A stretch of 64,000 nt of DNA, taken from contig OX597823.1 of NCBI GenBank assembly GCA_951406725.2, forward strand, positions 53,630,001-53,694,000. The letters are read 5' to 3'. How positions within the stretch are numbered: position 1 is the first letter of the stretch; the number at the start of each line of letters is the position of its first letter. This stretch comes from Octopus vulgaris. Lineage: Eukaryota. Below are positions 28,771 through 41,142 of this stretch, piece after piece. Under the pieces are notes generated by a model. That model searched no databases and had not been told where the DNA came from. It saw only the letters and a list, made by a program, of their open reading frames with translations. The translations under genes and the position numbers were made by a program.

Positions 28771-29935
28771 TATACATAAAAGAAACTTGTTGGTTAAGGC
28801 TAGAACAATGTGAGATGAGATATAAAGTAAACACAAAAAGAAAGCTAAACAAAGTTGGAGTATTATTATGTTTTCCATGTTTCGGAGTTATGACCTCTTC
28901 TTCAGGACAAGTGAGAAGTGAGAGATGAAAAAAGGTTGATGCTCAGATGGGCAGGGGGGAGGATGGTGACATGAGCCAATTGGTATTGCTATAGTGACCA
29001 GTCTGCTTCAAGTAGCTCTTTTCTGTTACTTATAGCTAGTCTCAATTTGTTGACAAAGGAGAGAGTTCATGATTTTGAGAATGACTCTATTGCATTGAGT
29101 GGTCTGGATGGATACTGCAAAATCCTGAGTCTGGCACTTTTGATGGTGATTTTCAACTGAAGTCTCTATGCATATGTGTATCATGCTGCAGATGTGCAGT
29201 TTCCTGGTGCTGCTTCCAATATAGGACGCCCAACATTCACTGCAGACTAACTTTTATACTACATAGGCTAATTGGGGTCCATGTGACCCATATAAGATTT
29301 TGATGCTAAAATTTATTGGCAATAAATTGGTTGTACTCCTACAAACACAAAATATTTTAACAATGGTTTTTTGTACTATTCCTAATAATATTTAATCATA
29401 AAAATATAACAAGATTTTTGAAACATCAAATAGTTCTGAGTGTCCATCTGAGTAAAATAAGAACCAAAGGTGTTCATAGGTGAAAAAAAAAAAAAATGGT
29501 TGAAAACCAGACATAGGCAGGCCCTGAAGCACAATAAAGTATTTATATTATAGAATGGATCACAGTTGGTTTTCACCATGAGGGTTCTGTTGTTTACTAA
29601 ACTGAAGACCCTGCTCATTGAATATACATGTAAGTGGCAGAGTATTCCACAGACATGTGCACACTGAACATAATTCTCACATTGACTCCGTATGATACAG
29701 TGTGTCTTTTAAAATTACAGATGCAATCAATCTAACAAGCTTCAATACAGTTTCCATCTATTCAATTATACTTACAAGATTTGGGTCAATGTGAGGCTAC
29801 TGAAAATTACTCTCACCAAAGATGCCCAGCTGTAGTATTGAACCTGGTACTTTACGACTGAGCAAGCTGCTTAACCATTTGGTCATACTCTGTATACAAG
29901 TAAACATATATATTTATGATATCTGTATGAGTACA

Positions 29936-29969
<34 letters not shown>

Positions 29970-30501
29970 TACATATAAATATATATATGTATATAGATGG
30001 ATAATGTGTATGTATGATATTATCTATGCAAAATATAAGATACATACTACATAATATAAAACAATTTTCAGTTTTAATTTTCAGTAGATATTTATTTATA
30101 TTGCCTGTATAAATTATTTTCTGTTGCCTGAAGAAACCATCTTAGAATATAAGAGAATATCATTTAATTTCATTGCACCATCCTACTACATCTGATATGT
30201 TAGAAATAAAAGACTACAGGAATAATATTTTCAAAGAGCTAAATAAACCAATGTAATTTCAGATCAAGATGACGGTAAATTAATGATGCAAAGCTCTAAA
30301 ATTCAAATCTAAGTTATCTGAAATGATGATAAATTAGAAAGTCTGATGCTAATTTCTTGTCTTTGAAAATAAAAGACTTTCTGGCACTTAAGTTTTCTAT
30401 TTAGCTATTTCATTATTTATTAATTTTTTTAGTACTTTGCAAGTACTTTTTTAGTACTTTATATCTCTCTCTATTTCTCCCTCTCTCTTCATATGTATGT
30501 A

Positions 30502-31425
30502 TTGGATCATCCCATAAATAATGTGGCTTTTTCAATTGCATGAACTAAAAGTCGGAGGGGGTGGGATAAACTACCTGCATCGACTTGCTATAGAAGAAAG
30601 TAGTAATTTTACCTTGTACTTATTCTTAGTGCAAGTTTTGAAAAGTGCAGTTCGATTTTAACAGTTACTTTTTCAAAGTTATAATGGAAGTGACAAAGGA
30701 GAATATTTGGTATATTTTGCTTTATGAGTTCAATAAAGGCAAGAACACAAGAGAAAGTGTGAGGAATATTAACGCAGTATATGGGGATCAGGTATTAAGC
30801 ATAACCCAGTGTCAATGGTGGTTCCAGAAATCCCAAACCAGAAACTATAGCCTAGAAAACGAGCCTCATCCTGGTAGATCTGTAGAGCTCAAGAAGGACA
30901 TCTAGTAAACCCTGGTGGAACAAAATCCCATCGTAACTGTTGAGGAACCAGCAGAGAAGCTTGGATTTTGTCATTTAAACATTCATTGACACCTGCGCTA
31001 GAAGAAAAACAGCCATCTATGGGTTCAAGACAAAAGGTGTTCTTCCATCAGGATAATGCTCAGCCACATACAACGAGGATGTCATTCCAAAGGCTGGAGC
31101 AGTTTGAATGAGAAATGATGCCCCACCCGCCATATTTGCTGGACATTGCCCAATCTGATTATCATTTATTCTGCAGCCTTCAATATATTTTGGACAGAAA
31201 ATATATGAATTCTGTAGAAGAGGTGAGAACAGTACAGGAGGAGTATTTTTCAACCCAAACAAGTGAATTTTTGAAGAGAGGCCTTGCAAGTCTACCAAAT
31301 AGATGAAAGAGCATTATAAAAAAATGAAGGAGAGTATATTTTAGATTAAAAAAGAATTTTGTTTATCTTAATTTTGAAAAATAAAAGAAGTATAAAAAGA
31401 CCACATTATTTATAAGATGACCCAA
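30502..31425 (+). mobile_element. Mariner (Tc1/mariner) DNA transposon remnant, internally deleted
   Basis: TIRs ttggatcatcccataaataatgtgg / ccacattatttataagatgacccaa with TA on both sides. Transposase fragments MEVTKENIWYILLYEFNKGK..WF..EPHPGR, HQDNAQPH and HPPYLLDIAQSDYHLF, broken by stops and frameshifts. Confidence 0.93.
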
Positions 31426-31847
31426 TATGTATGTATGTATGTATAATAGTGTATGTATGTATAATAACAGAATAATAGTGATAATACAACAGATAGGGAA
31501 GGATGAGAGAGTGATGGGGAAGACAGACAAACAAGGAGTGAGGGAGAGGGTGGTGTTGTATAGGTTGGTAGGTTGCAAGGATGTACTGGGGGAATGGCAA
31601 GGGTAGTGCATGAGATGAGTGAGAGCGGTATGATGGGTGAACGAGAGATAATTGGGTGTCTCAGAGCAGATGATCAATGTAAAATTGCTGTTGGTAAGGA
31701 GAGCATTAAAGCCGAATGATGGATATCAAGAGAAATGGTTCCAAGTTGTGAGAAAGATATATGGTATTAAAAAGAGAGCTGCAGTTAGAATAATGATATG
31801 TTGTGGGGAAATCTTGATGAGAAAGCTGGATGAAGGGCACAGCTTAG

Positions 31848-31884
<37 letters not shown>

Positions 31885-31889
31885 CTTGG

Positions 31890-32872
31890 AAAAAAGAAGG
31901 TACTCAGAAATCTGGATGGTTGTACATGTACAGATTTTTCGTAATATGTCACATGTTTATATAAATCATACATTAGCGCTTGCATCTACTCTAGTAGATT
32001 CTTCAGATTTGAATTTTTGAGGGGATTCGTCTCTTTTTATAGTATTATTGAGTGTGTAGGGGTGGAAAGAGATATAGGATAGTAAAAGAGGGTGCGGAAT
32101 GGGGAGAAACTGAGAGAGAGTGTGTATGTTAGTGTGTGTGTGTGCCTGTGTATCTGAAAAGAGAAGGAAAAAAGAAGGAAAAGAGAAAAGAAAAAATTGT
32201 GTTTACATCTATACAGCTGGTCAGCACTTTTAATAGAAAGTGATGAGTTGATTCTTGGCCTTTAAAAATGGCAAAACCAGGTGACTGCACACAGAGTGCT
32301 ATGCATATATGTGCATATACATAAATAGAAACAACCTTACATCCAGATTTTCCAACCCATACCAGCATGGGAATCAAACATTGGACAAGGATGATGATGA
32401 TAATAAAGCCAAACAATTTTTTGAAAAATAACTTTTATTAACCAACTTGTCATCTTCAATTGAAAGAACTGAAAAGCTGTATAGATGTAAACACAATTTT
32501 TTTCTTCTTCCTTTCTTCTTTCTCTTTCTCATTGACACTTCTTTCAGATACACAGGCACACACACACACACACACATGCCACATACCCCCCTCCCCCCAA
32601 AAAAACACGAACACACATTCTCTCTCACACACAAACACACACACTCTCTCTCACTTTCTCCCCATTCAAGACCCTCTTTTACTATCCCTATATCTCTCTC
32701 CACCCCTACACACTCAATAACACTATAAAAAGAGACAAATCCCCTTAAAAAAAATTCATATCTGAAGAATTTGCAAAAGTAGATGCAATCAATAATACAT
32801 GATTTATAAAAACATGTGACATATTAATAAAAATCTGTAAATGGACAACCATCCAGATTTCCGAGTACCTTA
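31890..32872. repeat. Large diverged inverted duplication (arms ~330 and ~400 bp, spacer ~260 bp)
   Basis: 31890-32218 is the reverse complement of 32476-32872 (aggtactc.gaaatctggatggttgt ... gtgtttacatctatacagct). Confidence 0.88.
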
Positions 32873-32912
32873 TTTTTTCTAATATATAATACCTGTACAT
32901 CACCTCCAGACC

Positions 32913-32985
<73 letters not shown>

Positions 32986-32997
32986 ATGGCTGTGTGG

Positions 32998-33160
32998 AGG
33001 TGCAGGAGTGGATGTGTGGTAAGTAGCTTGCTAACCAACCACATGGTTCCGGGTTCAGTCCCACTGCGTGGCATCTTGGGCAAGTGTCTTCTGCTATAGC
33101 CCCGGGCCGACCAATGCCTTGTGAGTGGATTTGGTAGACGGAAACTGAAAGAAGCCTGTC

Positions 33161-33227
<67 letters not shown>

Positions 33228-33457
33228 AGTGTGTGTGTATGTGTTTCTGTGTCTGTGTTTGTCCCCCTAGCATTGCTTGACAACCGATGCTGGTGTGTTT
33301 ACGTCCCCGTCACTTAGCGGTTCGGCAAAAGAGACCGATAGTATAAGTACTGGGCTTACAAAGAATAAGTCCCGGGGTCGATTTGCTCGACTAAAGGCGG
33401 TGCTCCAGCATGGCCGCAGTCAAATGACTGAAACAAGTAAAAGAGTAAAGAGAGAGT
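32998..33457 (+). mobile_element. tRNA-derived SINE (family 1) with internal (TA)n(TG)n microsatellite
   Basis: Head ggtgcaggagtgg..tgtggtaag..gggttcagtccc, then cttgggcaagtgtcttct (CORE-like), tail gactgaaacaagtaaaagagta. Near-identical to the minus-strand copy at 18992-19408. Confidence 0.85.
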
Positions 33458-35012
33458 ATATACACGGGAGTATGTGTTTATCATGTGCTTGTTTCTCGCC
33501 GCTTGTTTACAATTCCGTAAATGAATGATTCGGCATAAAAAAGAAATCGATTGATTCAGTAGCCAGCTTGAAATAAATAGTGGAGTGGATTTGATCACGA
33601 CTAACCCCATTAAGACAACCCAGCATAGTTGCAATTAGCCGAATGAATCAAGTGATAGAATGAAAGTAAAAACAGAACAATATGTGTGTACGTTGATATC
33701 TTCTGTCGTGTGTCGACTACGGAAGTAAGCAACATGAAAAAACGGGAAGGCCCTCGAAGCCTCCCTTTCTCCATCAAGTTACACAGGTTTCCGTATCACT
33801 CCCAAAGTCAGAAATGTCGTGACCCACAGACTGACCTGTGTGAATCTTGTAAGTAAAGTCATCATTCTTTATCAGTTGAGATATAGAGCAAACGAACGAA
33901 TTTAAATTTTATATAACGGGGTAACTATTGAATCAGTAACCAAAGAATTATGAGTTCAAACTCTATTGAGATCTTCGATATAGTCATCATTTAATATAAC
34001 CAGTATCATACAGTCCTTCATTAAGTTGTAAATACCCATTCAGATTCCTCACATAAAACCTGTGCTGATATAAATCTGAAGATAAACGAAGTGCTATAAA
34101 GTAAGGCAAATACTTTATTGTAGTTTAGTGAATAGATTTCGTATATGAAAACATATCTTATCTTGCTACGGTATTGAAAGTGTTTTCTATAAATATATAT
34201 ATTATATGTGAAAGGTAATAGACTATAGAATAGATATCTTTGTTTATTATCTTTTGTTTCATCTTTTTGGAGACGCTATCAAATTGACATTTTTATCTTC
34301 AAAAGTAGTTTTCTATTCATACTGGTCCTGTCCAAAACAAAATTAATTAGTATTGTCTAATAAGTTACCTAATTTTTAAATGAATAGTTAAATAATTAAA
34401 TAAGCACTTTAAAAATTACATAAACAAGTAGTTAAATACAAATGAATTTAAAAAAGAAAAACACAAATTAATTTACAAACATATTGGTAATTTTAATATA
34501 AATGGAATAAATTTAGATTATGGGAAATCCAAATTTCTTCCGGAGTTTTATTTCCACTTGACAATTAACAAAACTTGAAAATATTCTTTGCTTTATGGAA
34601 ACAAAGTTTACAAACAAATATTCGAAGAATACTCTTATTTTTTCACGAGAAACAAAGTGCTTTTCCAAGAACTAAAACTCAATTTTGCTTGAATCAACCT
34701 AACAGGATCAGTATTGTAAGGGAGGTAACTCTGTGCTCACTTTCCCAAGCTGCACAGATGATCCACGTTTAGCAGACGCCTACCTGCTGTTTTTCAATAA
34801 ACTATGTACTTATAAGTACTTATAAGTTTAATTAACTGTTATATAGGAAACTTAAAACGTAAACGATTCAAGTCACAAAACAATTAAACTAGCATAATAT
34901 TGTGGTAAGATATAAAAAATTTTTAATAAATTACTAATGCGTGAGTCAATATCATACTTTATAGTTTGTATACGTGAGTTTATGTATGCAGGTTTATCTA
35001 CCTACCTATCTC

Positions 35013-35087
<75 letters not shown>

Positions 35088-35338
35088 GTCTGTTTATATG
35101 TCAGTCCGTGTGTGTGTTTCCATGCACGTATATATTACCATGTATGTATATTTGTATGTATTTTTGTACTCTTTCTCTTTTTAATTTGATTAAATTTTGA
35201 CCAATCACCTGTTTGGTAGTAAGGTTGTAAAAGAAAGCATCTTGTTTGTTCATCATCCTTTAAATCTTAAGAAGGTTTTGCAGATTTTTATTGTCTCATA
35301 TAACGTGTATGTATGAATTTATGTATATATATATACAT

Positions 35339-35393
<55 letters not shown>

Positions 35394-35397
35394 CATA

Positions 35398-35458
<61 letters not shown>

Positions 35459-35675
35459 TTATATATATATGTGTGTATATATGTATGCATATATATATAT
35501 ATATGTATATATATATGTATGAATATATGTATGTACTTATGTATACATGTATATATATATATGTATATATATATATGTACGTATATATATATATGTATAT
35601 ATATGTATGTATATATATATGCATGTATATATATATGTATATATGTATGTATATATATATATATATGTATCCATG

Positions 35676-35708
<33 letters not shown>

Positions 35709-35728
35709 ATGTATATATGGCATGTGTA

Positions 35729-35774
<46 letters not shown>

Positions 35775-35826
35775 ATATATTTATATATATATATATATGT
35801 GTGTGTATATATATGTATGTATATAT

Positions 35827-37662
35827 TGGTTTGTCGGCACGTGGTTTGTCGAGTTGGCTGTTCCCCCTGCAGTCGGGGAAGTGAGCAGAGCCATCAAAAA
35901 AATGTCCACCGGCAAAGCTCCAGGCTCTGACGCCATCCCTGCAGAGGTGTTCAAGTCGGGCGGCCCCACCATGATCAGTCAGCTCACCAGCCTGTTCCCG
36001 TCGATGTGGGACAGGGAACAACTCCCTCAAGATTTCCGGGATGCAACAATCGTCCACATTTATAAGCGGAAAGGAGATCGGCAGTCCTGCGACAACCACC
36101 GAGGTATTTCCCTCTTGTCCATAGCAGGCAAGATCCTGGCCCGGGTCCTGCTTGACCGCCTTCTGGAACACTTGGAGCAAGGCCTTCTCCCTGAGAGCCA
36201 GTGTGGCTTCCGTGCGGGTCGAGGGACCACTGACATGATATTCGCCGCCCGCCAGCTCCAGGAGAAATGCATGGAGCAGCACCTTGACCTCTGCATGACC
36301 TTTGTTGACCTCACCAAGGCCTTTGATACAGTCAGTCGGGAGGGACTATGGAAGGTCATGGGAAAATTTGGTTGCCCCAGCAAATTTATTGCAATTGTCC
36401 GCCAGTTCCACGACGGAATGACAGCCAGAATCCTTGAGGACGGCGACTCATCTGAAGCCTTCCAGGTGACCAACGGAGTCAGGCAGGGCTGTGTCCTGGC
36501 CCCAACACTGTTCAGCATCATGTTCTCGGCAATGATGTCCGACGCCTTTAGGGACTGCAAGTCCGGTATCAACATCAAGTACAGGACAGACGGGAAACTT
36601 TTCAACTCCAGGAGATTGCAGGCTGTCACAAAGGTGAGGGAGACAGTCGTCAGAGACTTTCTCTTTGCTGACGACTGCGCCCTTAATGCAATCGATGAGC
36701 AGGAGATGCAGCTCGAGATGGACAGGTTCTCATCAGCCTGTGACAACTTCGGTCTCACCATCAGTGCAAAGAAAACCGAAGTGATGTTTCAGCTAGCCCC
36801 CGGCAAACAATACCATGAGCCTCAGATAAGGGTGAACGGACGGATCTTACGAGTGGTGGAAAACTTCACCTACCTGGGCAGCACTCTCTCCTGCAATGCC
36901 AACATAGATGCTGAAACCATCAACAGAATCTCCAAGGCAAGCAGCGCGTTTGGGAGACTGCGAAAGAAAGTCTGGGAGCGAAGAGGAATCAGCCTCAACA
37001 CCAAGCTGAAAGTCTACCGGGCAGTCGTGCTTACCACTCTACTATACGGCTGCGAGACGTGGACTGCTTACCGAAGGCACGAGCGCCAGATAAACCACTT
37101 CCATCTCAGGTGTCTTCGGAATCTCCTTCACATCCGCTGGCAGGACAAAGTCCCAGACACGGAAGTTCTGAAGCAGGCAGATCTCCCTAGCACCATCACA
37201 ATCATGCGCAAGGCCCAGCTGAGATGGGCGGGCCACGTCTCCCGCATGTCCGACACTCGCATCCCAAAACAGCTCTTCTACGGTGAACTCGGCCAGGGCA
37301 GGCGCAAAGTCGGAGGGCAGAAAAAGCGCTACAAGGATAGTCTCAAGGTCTCTCTCAAAGACTTCTCCATCGGAACAGAGACCTGGGAGACACTTGCTGC
37401 CAACCGCTCATCCTGGCGCAGCGCAATCACCGTGGGAGCAGGGACAGCCGAGGAGGGACGGATTCGGTCAGCGGAGCAGAAACGTCAGATGCGTAAAGTC
37501 AGAGCTGCCTGCACCAGTAGCACTGCCCCTACCCACTTCTGCCCCACCTGTGGGAGGGGCTTCCTTGCCCGGATTGGCCTCACCAGCCACCTCCGGTCTC
37601 ATGGCGGCAGTTCCATCAGATGATGTCAGTTGATCATCTTCGAACCGAAGGACGAACATTAT
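35827..37662 (+). mobile_element. RTE-clade non-LTR retrotransposon, 5'-truncated (RT domain and C-terminal C2H2 finger, no endonuclease), inserted in a (TA)n tract
   Basis: Abrupt GC-rich block with a stop-free ORF to 37623. RT motifs [55 protein letters not shown]. Terminal [21 protein letters not shown] and a short 3' UTR. The 5' part of the listed 740-aa ORF is only (TA)n. Confidence 0.95.
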
Positions 37663-37712
37663 ATGTATATATGTATTTATTTATGTATATATTATGTATA
37701 TATATGTGTATG

Positions 37713-37759
<47 letters not shown>

Positions 37760-37859
37760 TTATACACACACACACATACTTATACACTCATATATGTAAG
37801 TAGAGACATAGTGTTGGTTTGTTTACATCCTGTATAACAGTAGTTTGGCAAAAGTTCTG

Positions 37860-38042
37860 GATTATTTGGTGACGGATCTAGTCAATTGAATCGATTCCAG
37901 TGCTAAACCAGTTCTTATTTCATCAATCCTGACAGAATGAAAGTCAAACTTGACAGAATTTGAACACAGAACATGTAAAGATAGATGAAACACTGCTAAG
38001 CATTTTTGCCCAGTGTGCTAGCGATTTTGCCAGCTCACCACC

Positions 38043-38115
<73 letters not shown>

Positions 38116-38550
38116 TAATTTTCATCTCTTTACTACCCACAAGGAGCTAAACATAGAGGGGACAATCAAGGACAGCCAAACTGATTAAGTCAATTACATC
38201 GACCCCAGTGCATCATAACTGGTACTTAATTTATCGACCCTTGAAAGGATGAAAGGCAAAGTCGACCTCGGTGGAATTTGAACTCAAAATGCAGCAGCAA
38301 ACGAAATACTGCAAAGCATTTCGCCCGGCGTGCTAACGTTTCTGCCAATAATAATAATAATTCTTTTATTTACAACTAAAGGTTCACAAATGTGTGGTTG
38401 CATAATAACAATAATAATCCTTTCTACTAAAGGCACAAGGCCTGAAATTTTTGGGGAGGTGACTAGTCGATTATATCAACCCCAGTGTTTTACTGGTCCT
38501 TATTTCATCAACCCCGTAAAAGATGAAAGGCAACATCAACCTCAGATGGG
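37860..38550 (-). mobile_element. Cluster of three family-2 SINE copies or fragments separated by (AAT)n
   Basis: Reverse-complement core gaaaggatgaaaggcaaagtcgacctcgg..atttgaactc. Confidence 0.72.
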
Positions 38551-39065
38551 GTTACATAATAATTATAATAATAATACCATGAAATAACCATAACAATAAT
38601 AATTTTAATTGCCAAATGATAAATAAAAATAGTAATAGTGATAATAATAATAATATAACAGTAGAACCACACCTACAAGAAGAAGAAGAGTACATGTGTG
38701 TGTGTGTGTGTGTGTGAGTCTGCACGTGCGTGTTATTGGTTCAGCATAAAGGTATGAAACTCCTTTCTTCAATTTTCTAAACAGAAATATCAGAGTCAGT
38801 GACCACTTTTCAAAGTACCAATCGTTATTGTGGCACTCTTCCAAATGAAGAAATATTTTAACAACTTCGACAATGCCATGTTTATCACACATCTTGTCGA
38901 CATTAACATCGGAATTGCAGGATGTAATTACATCACAGAATTCTTCAAAGGAGGAACCATACTATACTATAGTGTACTACTATACTTAACCATTCTTAGG
39001 AGGTATTCTTATGGCATCATGATTTCAAAAGAATCGGCCTTTGTAAATATAATTACACTAATATT

Positions 39066-39134
<69 letters not shown>

Positions 39135-39289
39135 GTATATATACATATACATACATAATGATATATGCGTGTGTTTGTATAATGTATACATATATGTATA
39201 TATATACATACACACACACATAATATGCATATATATATACACACGTGCATCCATGCATGTGTGTGTTTTTATATGCATATATGTATGTA

Positions 39290-39328
<39 letters not shown>

Positions 39329-39344
39329 ATGGCATACCATTTTA

Positions 39345-39810
39345 GATAATCAAGAGATATACAAGGTGAATGAAAGAATTAGGCACTGGAATATTGATTA
39401 AATCATTACTGTACTTAAGCGCTAGATAATCTTCAATGCAAAACACGGTTACAAGGCTGGAACTTCCATATGTCTAACACCTGTGGGCATGCCTACCAAA
39501 TGATAAAAGCAATACAACACCCATAACTTTCAGAAACATTTTTTCTCACACTCAGAATTGCTGAAACATGGAATAAACTACCCGCATCAGTTGTTAGCTG
39601 TCGAGACACTACACTTTCAAAACTTCCATACTTCACAAAAATCTCCACCAGTACACCTGATGTGTCTCCCCACAATCCCAACTTTTTTTTTAAATAACTC
39701 ATTCACCGTTCACTTTCTGTGCATTATTCTGTGTCCTGTTTGTGCACTTTTGACTAGTTTTTCATAGGTGTTGTAGTGCACCTGAGCACTGTGTACTATA
39801 AGTTCATTAT
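39345..39810 (+). mobile_element. 3' fragment of a CR1/L2-type LINE
   Basis: Translates FFLTLRIAETWNKLPASVVS, the typical FF..R....WN.LP end of ORF2. An inverted homologous copy lies at 40165-40400. Confidence 0.65.
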
Positions 39811-40164
39811 CTATTTTTTTTTCTTTTGGAAATTGGTGAGAATGGTTAAATTTATCCCAATCACTTGACGGGTACTTTATTTTATTGACCCTAGAAAACT
39901 GAAAAGCAAATCTAACATTTGCATGATTTGAACTATCTAGAATGAATATCTTACAAAGTGTTTTGTCCAATTCTTTAAATTTCATTAATTTATAATAGAA
40001 GTACAAAGTGATAATTTCAGGACAATAAGATACTCAAAACATCATGTATTTTATACACACCCTGATGCATTATAGCATTAAGTTTATACACACCTCTGAT
40101 GCATTATAGCAAGAATTCTCAGCCACTAGATTGTGAACTAGATGTATGTTTAATAATAGTAATA

Positions 40165-40400
40165 ATAATGAAATTATTGTATACAGTGCTCAAGTGCACC
40201 ACAACTTGTCAAAAGTGTGTATAAACCATATGCAGTAATGTACAAATGTCTGGGAAGTGAACAGTGCATGAGTCAGATACATGCTTGCATGTGTATGGAG
40301 GGGAAAAAATCAGATGTAGTGTTGGTGAATCTCAGGAAGCATGGAAGTTTTGAAGGATGCAGTGCTCTGACAACTAACAACTGATGCCAGCAGATTGTTC
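40165..40400 (-). mobile_element. Second 3' fragment of the same CR1/L2-type LINE
   Basis: Reverse complement shares gcatcagttgttag, ttcaaaacttccat and gagcactgt with 39585-39795. Confidence 0.6.
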
Positions 40401-40632
40401 TGGGATGCACAGAAAGAATGGATTTTAAAATTTTATTCCATTTCATTGACTATAGTAGTCTGCTGAATGTTTTTGCATTATATATGTATTAAATATGTAA
40501 TAATTAAACTATGAGTTATGCACTTTGTGCTTTGTTATGCATGTGATCCCTTGGCCCTTAGAAAAATTGTCTTGTATGAAACTGGTCGGTGATGCAAAAA
40601 ACGTTGGGGACTGTTGTGTTATAAGAATCAAC

Positions 40633-41142
40633 GGCGATGTTTCGGTTGTCGTAGCACACGTTTCCGTCAATTTCCTCCGTCGATTTCCGTAAAAAACTTT
40701 TATTTTTTTACATAAGTAATGAGAGCGAAAGAGACTAAGAGGAAGCGATTTTATGACGAGGAAATTTCTCTTTGAAGTCCCCGTGTGTGTGTTTGATGGG
40801 GTGTGGGAGACAGACAGACAGACAGTATGTTGTGTAAGTGAAGTGCTTCTGTTAGTGTGTGTGAAGAGACAGAGAGAGTAATGTGTGAAAGAGAGAGATA
40901 ACTGAAATTTTTTACTCGGTGTATGTGTATGTATGTATGTATGTATGTATGTATGTATGTATGTATGTGTGTATGTATCTATGTATGTGTGTGTGTGTGT
41001 GTAAGTATGTGTGTGTGTATGTATGTGTGTATGTATGTATGTATGTATGTATGTATGTATGTATGTATGTATGGCCGATTCAGTGTTTACATTTTTTACG
41101 GAAATCGACGGAAACATGTGCTACGACAACCGAAACATCGCC
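40633..41142. mobile_element. MITE-like element with about 50-bp CpG-rich terminal inverted repeats
   Basis: ggcgatgtttcggttgtcgtagcaca.gtttccgtc..atttccgtaaaaaa / ttttttacggaaatcgacggaaacatgtgctacgacaaccgaaacatcgcc. Confidence 0.78.

Noticed and set aside
35291-35826. N-terminal YI/YV-rich part of the 740-aa ORF and overlapping ORFs
   Set aside because: Translation of (TA)n/(TG)n repeats that lack stops; not part of the RT.
35873-35880. 8-nt micro-exon between the cryptic AG and the following gtgag
   Set aside because: Too short to be plausible without transcript evidence, and it would frameshift hb.
38605-39050. Minus-strand 95-aa ORF in non-repetitive sequence
   Set aside because: No recognisable motif or splice structure; probably a decayed repeat.
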